Source: Marsupella aquatica
Lineage: Eukaryota > Plantae > Marchantiophyta
NCBI GenBank assembly: GCA_973895155.1
Contig: OZ316897.1
Span: 18,925,111 to 18,989,110, forward strand
Direction of reading: 5' to 3'
DNA length: 64,000 nt
In this document: piece by piece, positions 1-11,797 of the stretch
Layout: every line of letters begins with the position of its first letter
How positions within the stretch are numbered: the stretch's first letter is position 1
Notes under the pieces: generated by a model
What the model was told of the DNA's origin: nothing
Seen by the model: only the letters and a program-made list of their open reading frames with translations
Database searches by the model: none
Translations under genes and position numbers: made by a program

Positions 1-1107
1 CCACAAAGGGGTGGATAAAAGGTTCAGCTATGCTAATGAAAGGGAGGGTTTGGGGCAGAACCACTTTGATGGTTGACGTAACACAACGAAATGCGATATT
101 ATACAGGAACCACCTATACATCAATCCTAATGGTTCCTGTAACCAACCTAAAAAAGTGAATTGAAATTCATTCCAAAAGCTACAGTAGCATACAATTGGG
201 GTGGCCCACAAAAGGGGGGTCAGCAGCACCTGGCCAGAGGTAGTGGAGCGTGGAGCCCAGAAGTCCAGGGAAGCCTGCACCAGAAAAGTGGCAGGACCAA
301 CGAAGGAAGCTAAACCTGCAATTTCAGTATTACAGCAATGAAAGGAAATTATGGTAAAGATACTACTGGAGAAGTTCGTTGTATACATATTGAAACGAAG
401 ACAAAATAGTTACTATAACAATAAAAAATTGTGCTTTTTCCAGTTCATTTTTGCTCTCCCCTCATCCCTGTTTTCTGTCTTTCTGTGCACCCTCATTTTC
501 AGTTTTGTTCTTATTCAGAGTTAAAAGGGGCTACAGTAGAAGCTTCAATCTAGACCATAGCCTTGAAAAGTAGCGTTTGCATCTCATTCTATTAGTAAAA
601 TATAAAACGCTGGGAATCACGAAAAGCAATGGACTCCATGCTTTCGAGCCCTTTTTGGAATTTGATCGCAGCTGGGTGGCCTGACACCTGTGTGAAATCC
701 AATTGCTCGACGGATTTGTTCATGCTCGAGAAAGCAATGCTTAGTTGCGAAGGGTAGCGCCGGCATAGCTTAGCTAGCTCCAGTCCAGTTTATGATGTGT
801 GAGCGTCAAATGAATGATCCATTGCTGGTCTAGGAAATCTTGAGCTCATTCTTAAAGTCGTGGAAATTCATTGCAGTTTGTGTTACGGATTCCCCAATAG
901 TCATATCAGAGTACCTGAGACATCTTCTAAGCACACATCGTCTTGCTGGTTTGGGAGAATTCGATTGCTGAATTGGGAGGGAGTGAAAATCTTGCACACA
1001 GAGAAAGCTGGCGGGATCAGACGAGAATCGAATTGTTCTTAGTTAGACGGACGAGCTTGTTGAGAGGGGAGTTGTTTCAATCCAGGAGATCGATTGCTTC
1101 TGTCAAA

Positions 1108-2037
1108 ATGGGGCTGAGCAAAGTGCTGATCATTGGAGGGACGGGCCTCCTCGGACAGAATATTGCAAATGCGAGTGTTAAACTCGGGCATCCCACTTTC
1201 GCTTTGGTGCGATCTGTCACACCGAGCGATCCTGCCAAGGCCGAGGTGTTGAAGTCTTTAGAGGATCAGGGAGTAAAGCTACTGGTGGGCGATCTGTCTG
1301 ACCATGCCAGCCTTGTGGCTGCCCTGAAGCAAGTCGAGGTTGTCATTTCAGCTGTGAGTGGAGCTGCACTTGTGGACCAGGTAAACATTGTGGAAGCTGC
1401 GAAGGAGGCAGGAACGATCAAGCGATTTCTCCCATCAGAGTTTGGTTTTGACATGGAAAAAGTTGTGATGGACATTGCGATCACGAAACCTGCGTTCGAA
1501 TCGAAGGTGAAGATTCAACTTGCTGCCAAGGAGGCGGGCATCCCTTATACCCTTGTGGTTGGGTTCGGGTTTGCAAGCTACTATCTTGCACCGATTCTAC
1601 AGGAAACGATTGGACTGCCACCCCCTCGAGACGGAAAATTGGTGATATTTGGCGAGGGCAATGTAAACGTCGTTTTGGTTGACGAGAAAGATATCGGCAC
1701 CTTCATTATCAAATGCATCGACGATCCAAGAGCAGTGAACAAGACTATGCACATCAGGCCGAAGGAGAACGTAATTTCACAAAACAAGTTAACTGCTTTG
1801 TGGGAGAAAAAAATTGGGCATGTTTTCGAGAAGGAAGTTATGGATACGGCTGAAATCCTCAAATCGATTTCAGAGCTGCCTTTCCCGGCCAACTTTTATC
1901 GAGCTCTGCATTATCACTTAATTGTGGCTGGGGGCATGAGTGGAGAGCTTGATCCATCTAAGGAGTTGGAGGCTACCGCTCTGTACCCTGATGTTAAGTA
2001 CACTACCATTGATGAGTACCTTGACCGTTTTGTATGA
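1108..2037 (+). CDS. NmrA-like / isoflavone reductase-PCBER-PLR family (atypical SDR) oxidoreductase, intronless, 309 aa
   Basis: ATG at 1108 gives MGLSKVLIIGGTGLLG (GxxGxxG Rossmann motif), followed by 'IKRFLPSEFG' and C-terminal 'LYPDVKYTTIDEYL', all typical of IFR-like proteins. The ORF-track extension from 943 starts at TTG and is probably 5' UTR. Confidence 0.92.
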   Translation: MGLSKVLIIGGTGLLGQNIANASVKLGHPTFALVRSVTPSDPAKAEVLKSLEDQGVKLLVGDLSDHASLVAALKQVEVVISAVSGAALVDQVNIVEAAKEAGTIKRFLPSEFGFDMEKVVMDIAITKPAFESKVKIQLAAKEAGIPYTLVVGFGFASYYLAPILQETIGLPPPRDGKLVIFGEGNVNVVLVDEKDIGTFIIKCIDDPRAVNKTMHIRPKENVISQNKLTALWEKKIGHVFEKEVMDTAEILKSISELPFPANFYRALHYHLIVAGGMSGELDPSKELEATALYPDVKYTTIDEYLDRFV

Positions 2038-3126
2038 GTGCAGCCTTCTATTAGTGAGCTATCTGAGAGCGCATTGATGGCTTAGTCAGAAATCATCCTA
2101 GAATCCTATATCCGAGTATCATAGAATTCTATGCCAGTACAACGCTGCTGAAGATGATCTGTATAGCAAGACCACTTTGACCTCCTACCCAAAGAATTAG
2201 TTGTATGAAGAGGTGATGTCCATGGCGATTTTTTCAGCTGGAACTGTCGGATATCTCTGTCGTTAGCTTTCAAACTTTCCCGATATGTCGATGAGATTTG
2301 AAAATTTCTCTGGAGAATTCACTGATTGGGACACTGATCTTTCACTACACCTACGCCAAACCTTGGCGATTCACAACTTTTGTCGGTTGGCTGCTCCTTC
2401 ATTACAAAGCGTTAATGACAGATCTTATACATTTTGTCCAGACTCTTGCAGTAATTAACCAAGTCTGGCTCGTCTATTTGTCGGAAATGGCAAAAGGTTT
2501 TCAAGGATAAATGGTCAGGGTGTGATTAAATTTTCAAAGTTGGAATGCAATGATTTAGTGGGCCTCGAGTTTTATGCGCCAACTGTTCGAGAGGTTGGGT
2601 TGGAACTTCAAATTGTCAAGTTTTTGCAACCACAGCTACAATATAAATAGAGGCTGCCGGCTCTTTCAGAGTTATCAGCAGACAAGCTTTTCAGCAGGCT
2701 TCCTAGCTTTCATGCCAAGTGAAGGTAGTATCGCAAGTAGCTCTTCAGTCGGCTGTTCTATTTCAGGCCACATGAACAGCCGATGTTTCCGTATCTGTTT
2801 TATTGTCTACAGCGAGAATTAAATGAATCAACATACAAATGAGTGCTTGCCTTACAGCTGAACAGATTGGAATCAGGGGTTTAGGGAGACTTTTACACTT
2901 CAATCTGACGAGATTGATTTTTACAATTGTTGTGATGCGTTCGTTGTGATGTGATTTTTACAACTGCTGTTTCGTTCTTTGAAAATTTCGCATTGCTCGA
3001 AACAGTGAACTGCTAGATTGCTGTCGCCTTGAGATTGCGCTGATGTGGGAGGCCTCTTGTGGCAGGAGTCAAAGACCTTGCCCACATTTTTTCAACGTTT
3101 TCTTCGTAGTCACACAAATTGTGGGC

Positions 3127-6100
3127 TCAGCAGGGATCCTCACAACACTCATGGCGTTTCCAGGGTGGATCATCAGTAGGGTGGTAAGGTGAGGATGCAA
3201 AGGCAGGTGCTGCCCAGTCCACGCCTTCGCCGGCTAGTTCTGGCTTGAATATGGCCGACTTTGGCGTGAGGTAGCCAGGGGAAGATGGCAGGGTCCGGCA
3301 AAATCCACCAAATCTGGCGCTCATTTCCGATCCCAAGGTCCCGGCTTGCAAATTTGCAGAAGTGGGCCGCTCCTCTGCACTGTTCGGCCGCTTCACAGAT
3401 GGGGGTCTGCGTCCCATGTGCAATGTGTATCCAAAATTGTGAAATGGTCCAGTTTGTAAGAAATTTATTGAATGTTGTGAAATGCATAAAATCAAACTGT
3501 GCGAAAGACTAGTACTGTCATGTATCTACTGCAAATCATTTGGCATTTAACAATGGATAACTGATTGAAGCTCACAGATTTGAACAAGAATTTCCAAGAA
3601 ATCAAATACTCTCATGCTGCAAATGCAATTCAACATTTGGCCCACGATTTCTCGAGGACTCCTACGTGAGATTTTGACAGTTGACTTTTGTACTCTGCTT
3701 TAATCTTGAAACACATTTCAGTTACTGTGTGACCGCAACTTCTTTGAAGGATTCTGAATATTGACAGTGGAATTCAGGCGACTGTTTTAAAGAACTGTGT
3801 CTTAATGTCTTGTTTGACAGCGGAGAATTATTTGGTCCCTCATGGAAGAAACCTGATGTCATTAAATTGAGGCTGAAGATCAATCTACAGTGGCTTGAGG
3901 ACATTAATCCGATAAATTCGGGAATTTCAGCTCATTATTGAAGTATCGATTCTTCAAAACAGTTGCATATAATCTGAGTCTGGATGATTTCGACGTCCCA
4001 ATGACTCCCCATTCCAATCCGGCAGTTCATCAACATGAATGGGTCTCTCTCTCTCTCTCTATATATATATATAGGGACAGATTTAAGTACCTTGAAATAC
4101 CACCTTCCTCGTTTCTGAAGTTTGTCTTATCAAACGAATAAAATGGAGAAATCCAGTTGGGGGCCAGATTCCGGCTGACCGAAGGATCGTACGAGTAGAG
4201 GGGGGAGGCTGTGCCCGAGTTGTGTGGCGGTACAGGTGTCATGGGAGCTCTGCCTCCTACACTCGATCCATTCAGACATATTCACAGGACAACACAATCC
4301 GTGAATATGAGAGAATCCAGATATTTCTCTACCATTGTGTATTCAGCAACAATTTGAAGACAGGCAGTAATTATTTGGACAGTACAGAATGCACCATGGA
4401 TTAAACTAGATTTTCAAGTCCATTTGCTTTTTGGCTTCGAATGAAATTATTTATGAGTGCTCCAAACGCATTTCTCTCTTGTCAGGATATGAATGCTCAG
4501 GGTATGAAATTACCGGAGCCTCCAGAGCCAGTGGAGACGTACTCTCGCTCGAAGAAGTCGTTGGGTCCGACTGGAGCCCACCCAGGCAAGGATCCATATC
4601 CATGCATACCGAACGAAGAGGGAGAGCTCATCGTGGAAGGCAAATGATCCAAGGGCGTCATGTCCTCGTTGTAAAGGACTCTGGGTTCCGTGAAAGGGTC
4701 TAGATTGGGAGGGCTAGAACCTGGTCTGATGGGATCATCAATAGCATGGTCACTGGGTGTGATCTTCAAATCACATGGCAGGTCCTTGTTGTCCATGTCA
4801 TAATACCAGTAGCGGGTGTAGCCTTTCTCCGTTTTCTTCTTCTTGTATGGACATGGAGGATAAAATGAAACCCCATCTGGGAGCTTGAGTACGTTGGAGT
4901 AAATTTGGACCATATCAGCATCATTCCTAAGAGTTTTGGGTTGCACAGTGGACTTCCTGAAATCGAACCGACTACGTTTGGCAAGCCTGTGGGTGGCATC
5001 TATTAGCTTAGTTATGGGCTTGGGGGTCATGTGGAGTGGTGTGCCATCTCTGATGTCACTGCCTTTGATGTAAGCGCTGACCCTTCGCGTAGGAATGTCT
5101 GGAGCTCTGACTCTATTGACGAAAGCTCTGTATCGCTCCTCCGAATTAAGGTACGGTGAGTGTCTTCCATGTGTTAGGGGAGATTTATTCCAATCTGGCT
5201 TCCTCCTTGCCTTTGGCCGAGGAGGAGGTGGATGCAATGGCCTGTAAGTCCAGAATGAGGTACTTTTGGTTTTCGGTGTACACTGTCCTAGCTAGTAAGG
5301 ATTATGCCATCTATTCAGTTTAGACTTTTCCAGAGATGGAGCACATTCAACGGAAAATGGATCATTCATGTACAACAAGCTGAAGAAAAACCATTTTCAA
5401 CTTTCGGAACGATGATCGTTTACTAATCCCAGTAATGAATGGAAATTTACCTACGTCCCAAAAATAGTGGAACGACAGGGCAGGCTGCTGATTTTTTGAG
5501 TCAAGGAAGAGGGCTGTTCCACTTCAGACAGAGCCCTTAGAAAGGCCTGAGCCCAATTAAGTAGTTTCCAGAGGATAGGAGTTCAAAGGTGACCATAACC
5601 TAAATATGTGAGCCGTCCTACATATCCTCGTCCTACAGATCTTGCCCTAACCTTTTGACAGAAAATTGATACTTGCTACTGGGAGACGAGAGTATGCTCG
5701 GCACATATGGATGACCACGATTCCACGAGACTAGCAATCGATCGAATTTTTCCGCTCCATATGAGAATTTACCAAATCTTATACGCCCTTCTAGCTATTG
5801 TACCTTGCAACCCAATGAATCTAATTGACCTTCAATGTGACTCTCAATAAAACCTCACGGAGACACTTGAAAACCCATAGAGTGAAGCTTTTTCGTTAAG
5901 AAATTAACACTATACCTGCGGAGAAAAGCTGGGTGCATGTCTACGTCGTGTGGATTAAGCCTCCTTTTCCAGGGACTGTTTTGATGGATTATTCGAGCTA
6001 CCATTGCTTTGACATTGCGTGTGTGATGGACATCTACATCCATGGGTACACCCAAGCGGGGTTTGTAGCCTCGGTTCAGGGCCCTGTCTCTGATAAGCTT

Positions 6101-6286
6101 CAAAGTGCTTCGTCTGGCGGGTGGGATGATGTGCGCCCCTTGTTCCCAAGTTGAGAATCCCCTGAATGGTCCGTTGTTGATTTTCTTTACAGTAGAGTAA
6201 CAGATTTCCACCCCTTTCATGCGATCGTCCCATGGTTGGGGCCGACCTTCCCTGTAGTGCCCCATTCTGATATCTAGCTCGTGCAC
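3127..6286 (-). CDS. Multi-exon gene of unknown function (Pro/Ser/Arg-rich). Supported exons 5241-4514, 4256-4091, 3406-3127; 5' exons (5855-6286 region, possibly ~5451-5490) uncertain
   Basis: Canonical GT/AG sites with matching phases: donor 4513 to acceptor 4257 (phase 1, G|GA) and donor 4090 to acceptor 3407 (phase 2, AG|A). These join three ORF-track fragments in frame to a stop at 3127. Confidence 0.7.
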
Positions 6287-6764
6287 TCCCCAATAAACAA
6301 AGTTCTTATACTCCAGTTAGCTACTGGAGTAAGCGAGTAAATTGAAGATGCTGAACATTGCTTCTCAAGTCTTGTGGGGTTTTCGCCATTGATTGATACC
6401 CTCCATGGTTTTGCAAAGAACCCAAGAGCAATGTTAAATCATTGGAGTGGCTCTCACCTTTGTACCTTCATTGCACTCTCTGACTGTATTCTCAAACGAG
6501 AAACTTGGATTCGCAACTCTCATGATTGAGCATATCTTTCATTTCCAAGGCTGGCCGCAAATTTTAGTACTGTGCTGTGTGGTGATAGATTAAGAATCAA
6601 AGGAAAGTAGAATCAATGTCAATAAGAAAGGAAGCGGCACATGCTCTATTGGTTCAATGATTCCATGCTCTATTGGTTCAATGATTCGCCGTTAAATGAA
6701 CCAGGACCGGGAACACAGACCTTCCCATTCAACTTCAACTAACTGGATTTTCTCTCCACTGGAG

Positions 6765-7160
6765 CAGCTCCAATGCTTGAAATGCAGAATGATGAGGATC
6801 TAGTTCAGCAACTTACTCAAAATGGGCATTGATTGATTGATGGATTGATTGAGTGATTGAGTGATGGAACTTGGACACGAAAAAGCTCCAGTCCTTGAAA
6901 TGCAAAATGGTGAGCACCCCTTCACATTTGGCACTCATGATCTAGTTCAGCAACTTACTACACAAAATGGCATTGATTGATTGATGGACAGGGCAGGGCA
7001 GGGCAGGGCAGGATAGGAAAAAGCTCAAGTGCTTGAAATGTAGAAGGATGAGCACTCTTCCACACTTGGCACTCCTGATCTAGTTCAGCAACTTACTACA
7101 CAATATGGTCATCGATTGATGGACGGGACATTGATGGATTGAGGGAAATTGGACAGGAAA
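6765..7160. repeat. Three degenerate tandem units of ~120-140 bp (…cttgaaatg…gatctagttcagcaacttact…attgattgatgga) with ATTG and GGGCA microsatellites
   Basis: 'gatctagttcagcaacttact' recurs at ~6797, ~6938 and ~7077. Confidence 0.8.
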
Positions 7161-10091
7161 TATTGCTGTGATAAATGTTGTCCTCAGAGCACAGCATGTG
7201 GCAAGTCACATTGCGAGTCAGATCTTGGCCCAATCCTTCCTATTGCTTGCGTTGCACCTTGAATTAATTTTTCTATTGAATTCATTTCTGGCGCAACAGG
7301 GTACGGACTACAGATGGAGTCAATGACAATCACAAAGTTTTCACACAATTTTTAAGAATTTCGAGAACTGCTTCCTTCCATATTAAGGAGCGTTTCTTTT
7401 GTAAAGTCTTGACATGTTGAGTACTATTCACTACATAGAAAACTGCAATTATGTGCAGTGTTTGAACACGGCCCTTAAGGATGTTAAGATATATGAATTT
7501 GATTATACATAATCCGGCATGGCCTTGGTCCAATATAAACTATAGCCTCATGTTGACATTGTGACATGCTTAGCTTTCTTCTATCCCAAATTATTGTCTT
7601 GTTCACCACTTCAATATAAACATAGATTTCATCACTCTCTTGCACAGACTTAAATGTAGATATAGAAGTTTTCCTTTCTCAAAACATTTCTGAGTCATGG
7701 TTAGATATTAGGGGAGTGTGTTGGGATTAGATCGAGTTGCGTCCGTCCATCAATCCTCCTATGCAACTGTCTCCTGGGAGCCGTCTGTTGATCATCCAAG
7801 GTAGAGAAATTACATAAATGCTTGAAATTAGACTAAGAGAAGAGCACATGTCATCAATTTGGAGACCAGTTCCTCATGGCCAATCAACCAGAAAGAACAA
7901 ACTGCTGACAATTCATAAGAAAAACGGAGAAAAGGTCAAGAGAGTACCAAAGGAAAACCAAAACCCTAGTGAGTCCAAGCATTGAAAGATTGCTGGACTG
8001 CAGTTTTGAGGGTCCAAGATTACATTATCAACTTTTACAATTTCTTAATAAATCCTTCTTAGAGTCTCTAAGTGAATCGCCTTAGTAAAATGTACTGCTC
8101 TTCCTGTAGGATATCAAGACATCTCAAAGAACTGTCTACCTGAAACATTGAATGATTGTATTGTCTTTTGCATGTGTATGACACACACCCACATCTGCAT
8201 ATCTCTATAACATGTCTGAATTAGACCACAAGCAATTCAGAATTATCTCAATTCATGTTCAGAAGGAATTGTCATGTACCCCAAATGCCAGATATTCATT
8301 TAATGGTTGGGTAAGAACAATAGCCACTCAGAAAGTAAAGTACTCTGAGATGAATCCTATATGTGCATTGTGTAACTATCACCATTTGCTCTGTGTGGTG
8401 TTTAGGCAAGGCAATGAAAAAATAGAGACAGGATGCACAATAAATTCAAGTGATCCTTGTGAGGTCACTGCTTAAGTTGCACAATGTAAGCTTAGATTAT
8501 TTTGAAGAAATTTATACAAGGTAGTGCAAAAGGGGGCAAATATGAAGTCATTTTGAAAGCATATCCATGGGACAAACCAGATCAACTTTCCCATAGAGTC
8601 CAAAAACCAAATGTGGTGTAGTCTTTCATCAATCATCCATGATACTGCACAGGGTTTGAAGCCCCCTTCTAGTTTTTCTCAGGTACACCAATCACATAGA
8701 GTAAGAGGCCTGTAGTTTCTTACGCACAACTATCAAAGATGCAATACTGCAATAAATTGCATGTCCCTTGGAAAATGTGTCCCTTCAATTCCTGTTCCAA
8801 ACGAGATTCGCTAAAAAGGTTTTCATAAGGAAGAAAAATTTGCTTAGCTTACAGACTGTTATTCAGGTTAATTTTGTCAAACATGCTGTTCTTCACTTGG
8901 GTTCTTCCTAGCAGGGTTTTCCTAATACATTAGTTTCTATTGAAAGAAGATATTCAACATTTTGTGACTCCTCCCATCTTGTGCTGTACATTTAAATGAG
9001 ATTTGTTGTGTTACAAAAAGTGTGTGTGGTGTGTGTCCTGCTACCATTGTGACTGTCCCTATGACAATACCATCTTGACAAGAATAAAAAGGGAAAAGGG
9101 AAGACAGTACCAATCACATGTTGACATATGATGGTAACTCAAACCAATAACCACCCGTGCCCCTAAGCTTGTGTGGCCTGCAATATACCAAGATGTAAGT
9201 TGGGCAATATAGCCAATTTGGACATGCTATAGGCATCACCCCCATTGAAATCTTGGGGCTTCCGCAAAAGCTGCTCATCACGCACAAATAAACGTAGTCG
9301 GTGTTGTTTTATTGATTTTTGAGTGAAAACTTGAAAAGTATCCAAACGAACATTAGGTTGTTTAAACCAATCTTGAGCCTTACAAGAAAACATGAGGCCT
9401 TTTGAACCACTTTTGGAATATTCCAGCCATTTATAGGGGTAAAACAAATTCTTCTTAATAAGTTAGGGTGTCGGATCCCTCACCGTGTCACACATGATGG
9501 GGGGCTCCATATAGTGAGACCCCAAGATTGACAAAACTCTTTCCTCAGAGTATGCCTGTCACCCTAGTAACCTCATGATGGATGACCAGGCATGAGTAAG
9601 TATGTTTTTTGTTCTCATATTATTGGATTCAAGCCTCGGGGGTCTCATTTCCATAACTGACACATCACATGCAACAATGCAAAGTGTCATTTTATCGGTT
9701 GTAAAAACATTTCACAACAAAATAATGTGAATAAATATTATGGTCTTTAAATTCAGTTTTGCGCATTACATGAAAAGACAGGGTTTCTAGGGAATATTCC
9801 CAAATTAGTTAGTGGACCCCTACTTATGTATGCTACTGTGAATTTCAATATGCTACGGGTAGTTAGTTGTATGCATATTGAGATGAAGACCAAACAATTA
9901 CAATAAAAATAAAAAATTATGCTTTTTCCAGTTCATTTTTGCTCTCCCCTCAGGCCTCATCCCTGTTTTCTGTCCACCCTCATTTTTAGTTTTGTTCTTA
10001 CTCAGAGTTATAGGGGTCTACACTAGAAGCTTCAATCTAGACCATAACCTTGAAAAGTAGCCTTTGCATCTCATTTTATTATTAATAAAAT

Positions 10092-10347
10092 CAGCTTTTC
10101 ATTTATTTTGTCACTAAAGATGTTCTAATTCACAATACTGCCATTGTTTTTTCTGTATTTATAAAAATGTCATGATTTAGTATAAGGATGACAAGTTTAC
10201 CAAGGGAATTATATAAGAAAATAGTGGCATTTTTGTAAATACTAAAAAAACAGTGGCCATATTGTAAATTCAAACATCTAGTGACAATACCTAGTGACAA
10301 TGTAAAGTTGTTTGTAAATTCAAACATCTAGTGACAATGTGAAGTTG
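10092..10347. mobile_element. Mutator-like foldback MITE, 256 bp, upstream of IFR-like copy 2
   Basis: It is absent from the paralogous site in copy A, which has a single 'ttagtaaaat'. It is flanked by a 10-bp direct repeat with one mismatch (ttaataaaat 10082-10091, ttagtaaaat 10348-10357) and has long imperfect TIRs (cagcttttcat…ttgtcactaaagatgtt versus aacatctagtgacaatgtgaagttg). Confidence 0.75.
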
Positions 10348-10868
10348 TTAGTAAAATATAAAACGCTTAGAATGACGAAAATCAATAATGGACTCCATGT
10401 TTTCGAGTCCCTTTGCAATTTGATCGCAGCTGGGTGAACTGACACCTGTGTGAAATCCAAATGCTCGACGGATTGTTCATGCTAGAGAAAGCAATGCTTA
10501 GTTGCCAAGGGTACTAGCGCTGGCATAGCTTAGCTAGTTCCAGCACAGTTCATGATGGGGAGCAGCTCAATGATCCATTGCTGGTCCAGGAAATCTTGAG
10601 CTCATTCTTAAAGCCGAGGAAATTCATTGCGGTTTGTGTTAAGGATTCCCCAATAGTCATATCGGAGTACATGTGCCTGAGACATCTTCGAAACACACAT
10701 CGTCGTGCTGGTTTGGAAGAATTCGATTGCTGAATTGGGATGGAGTGAAAATCTTGCTCACAGAGAGAGCTGGCGGGATCAGACGAGAATCGATTGTTCT
10801 TAGCTAGACGAAAGAGCTTGTTGAGAGGGGAAGTGTTTCAATCCAGGAGATAGATTGCTTCTGTCAGA

Positions 10869-11797
10869 ATGGGGCTGAGCAAAGTGCTGATCATTGGAGG
10901 GACGGGCCTCCTCGGACAGAATATTACAATGCGAGTGTTAAACTCGGGCATCCCACTTTCGCTTTGGTGCGATCTGTCACACCGAGCGATCCTGCCAAGG
11001 CCGAGGTGTTGAAGTCTTTAGAGGATCAGGGAGTGAAGCTACTGGTGGGCGATCTGTCTGACCATGCCAGCCTTGTGGCTGCCCTGAAGCAAGTCGAGGT
11101 TGTCATTTCAGCTGTGAACTTCGCTGCACTTGTGGACCAGACAAACATCGTGGAAGCTGCGAAGGAGGCAGGAACGATCAAGCGATTTCTCCCATCAGAG
11201 TTTGGTTTTGACATGGAAAAAGTTGTGATGGACATTGCGATCACGAAACCTGCGTTCGAATGGAAGGTGAAGATTCAACTTGCTGCCAAGGAGGCGGGCA
11301 TCCCTTATACCCTTGTGGTTGGGTTCGGTTTTGCAAGCTACTATCTTTCACCGATTCTACAGGAGGCGATTGGACAGCCACCCCCTCGAGACGGAAAATT
11401 GGTGATATTTGGCGATGGCAATGTAAACGTCGTTTTGGTTGACGAGAAAGATATCGGCACCTTCACTATCAAATGCATCGACGATCCAAGAGCAGTGAAC
11501 AAGACTATGCACATCAGGCCGAAGGAGAACGTAGTTTCACAAAACAAGTTAACTGCTTTGTGGGAGAAAAAAATTGGGCATGTTTTCGAGAAGGAAGTTA
11601 TGGATAAGGCTGAAATCCTCAAATCGATTTCAGAGCTGCCTTTCCCGGCCAACTATATTCGAGCTCTGATGTATCACTTAATTGTGGCTGGGGGCATGAG
11701 TGGAGAGCTTGATCCATCTAAGCAGTTGGAGGCTACCGCTCTGTACCCTGATGTTAAGTACACTACCATTGATGAGTACCTTGACCGTTTTGTATGA
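10869..11797 (+). pseudogene. Second IFR/PCBER-like copy with a 1-bp deletion at ~10928 (929 nt versus 930 nt)
   Basis: Copy 1 reads 'aat att gca aat gcg'; copy 2 reads 'aat att aca at gcg'. The remainder (10964-11797) is an intact, near-identical ORF. A sequencing or assembly error cannot be excluded. Confidence 0.8.

Noticed and set aside
943-1107. 55-aa N-terminal extension of the IFR-like ORF
   Set aside because: It starts at TTG and is not kept in frame in copy 2; family homology begins at ATG 1108.
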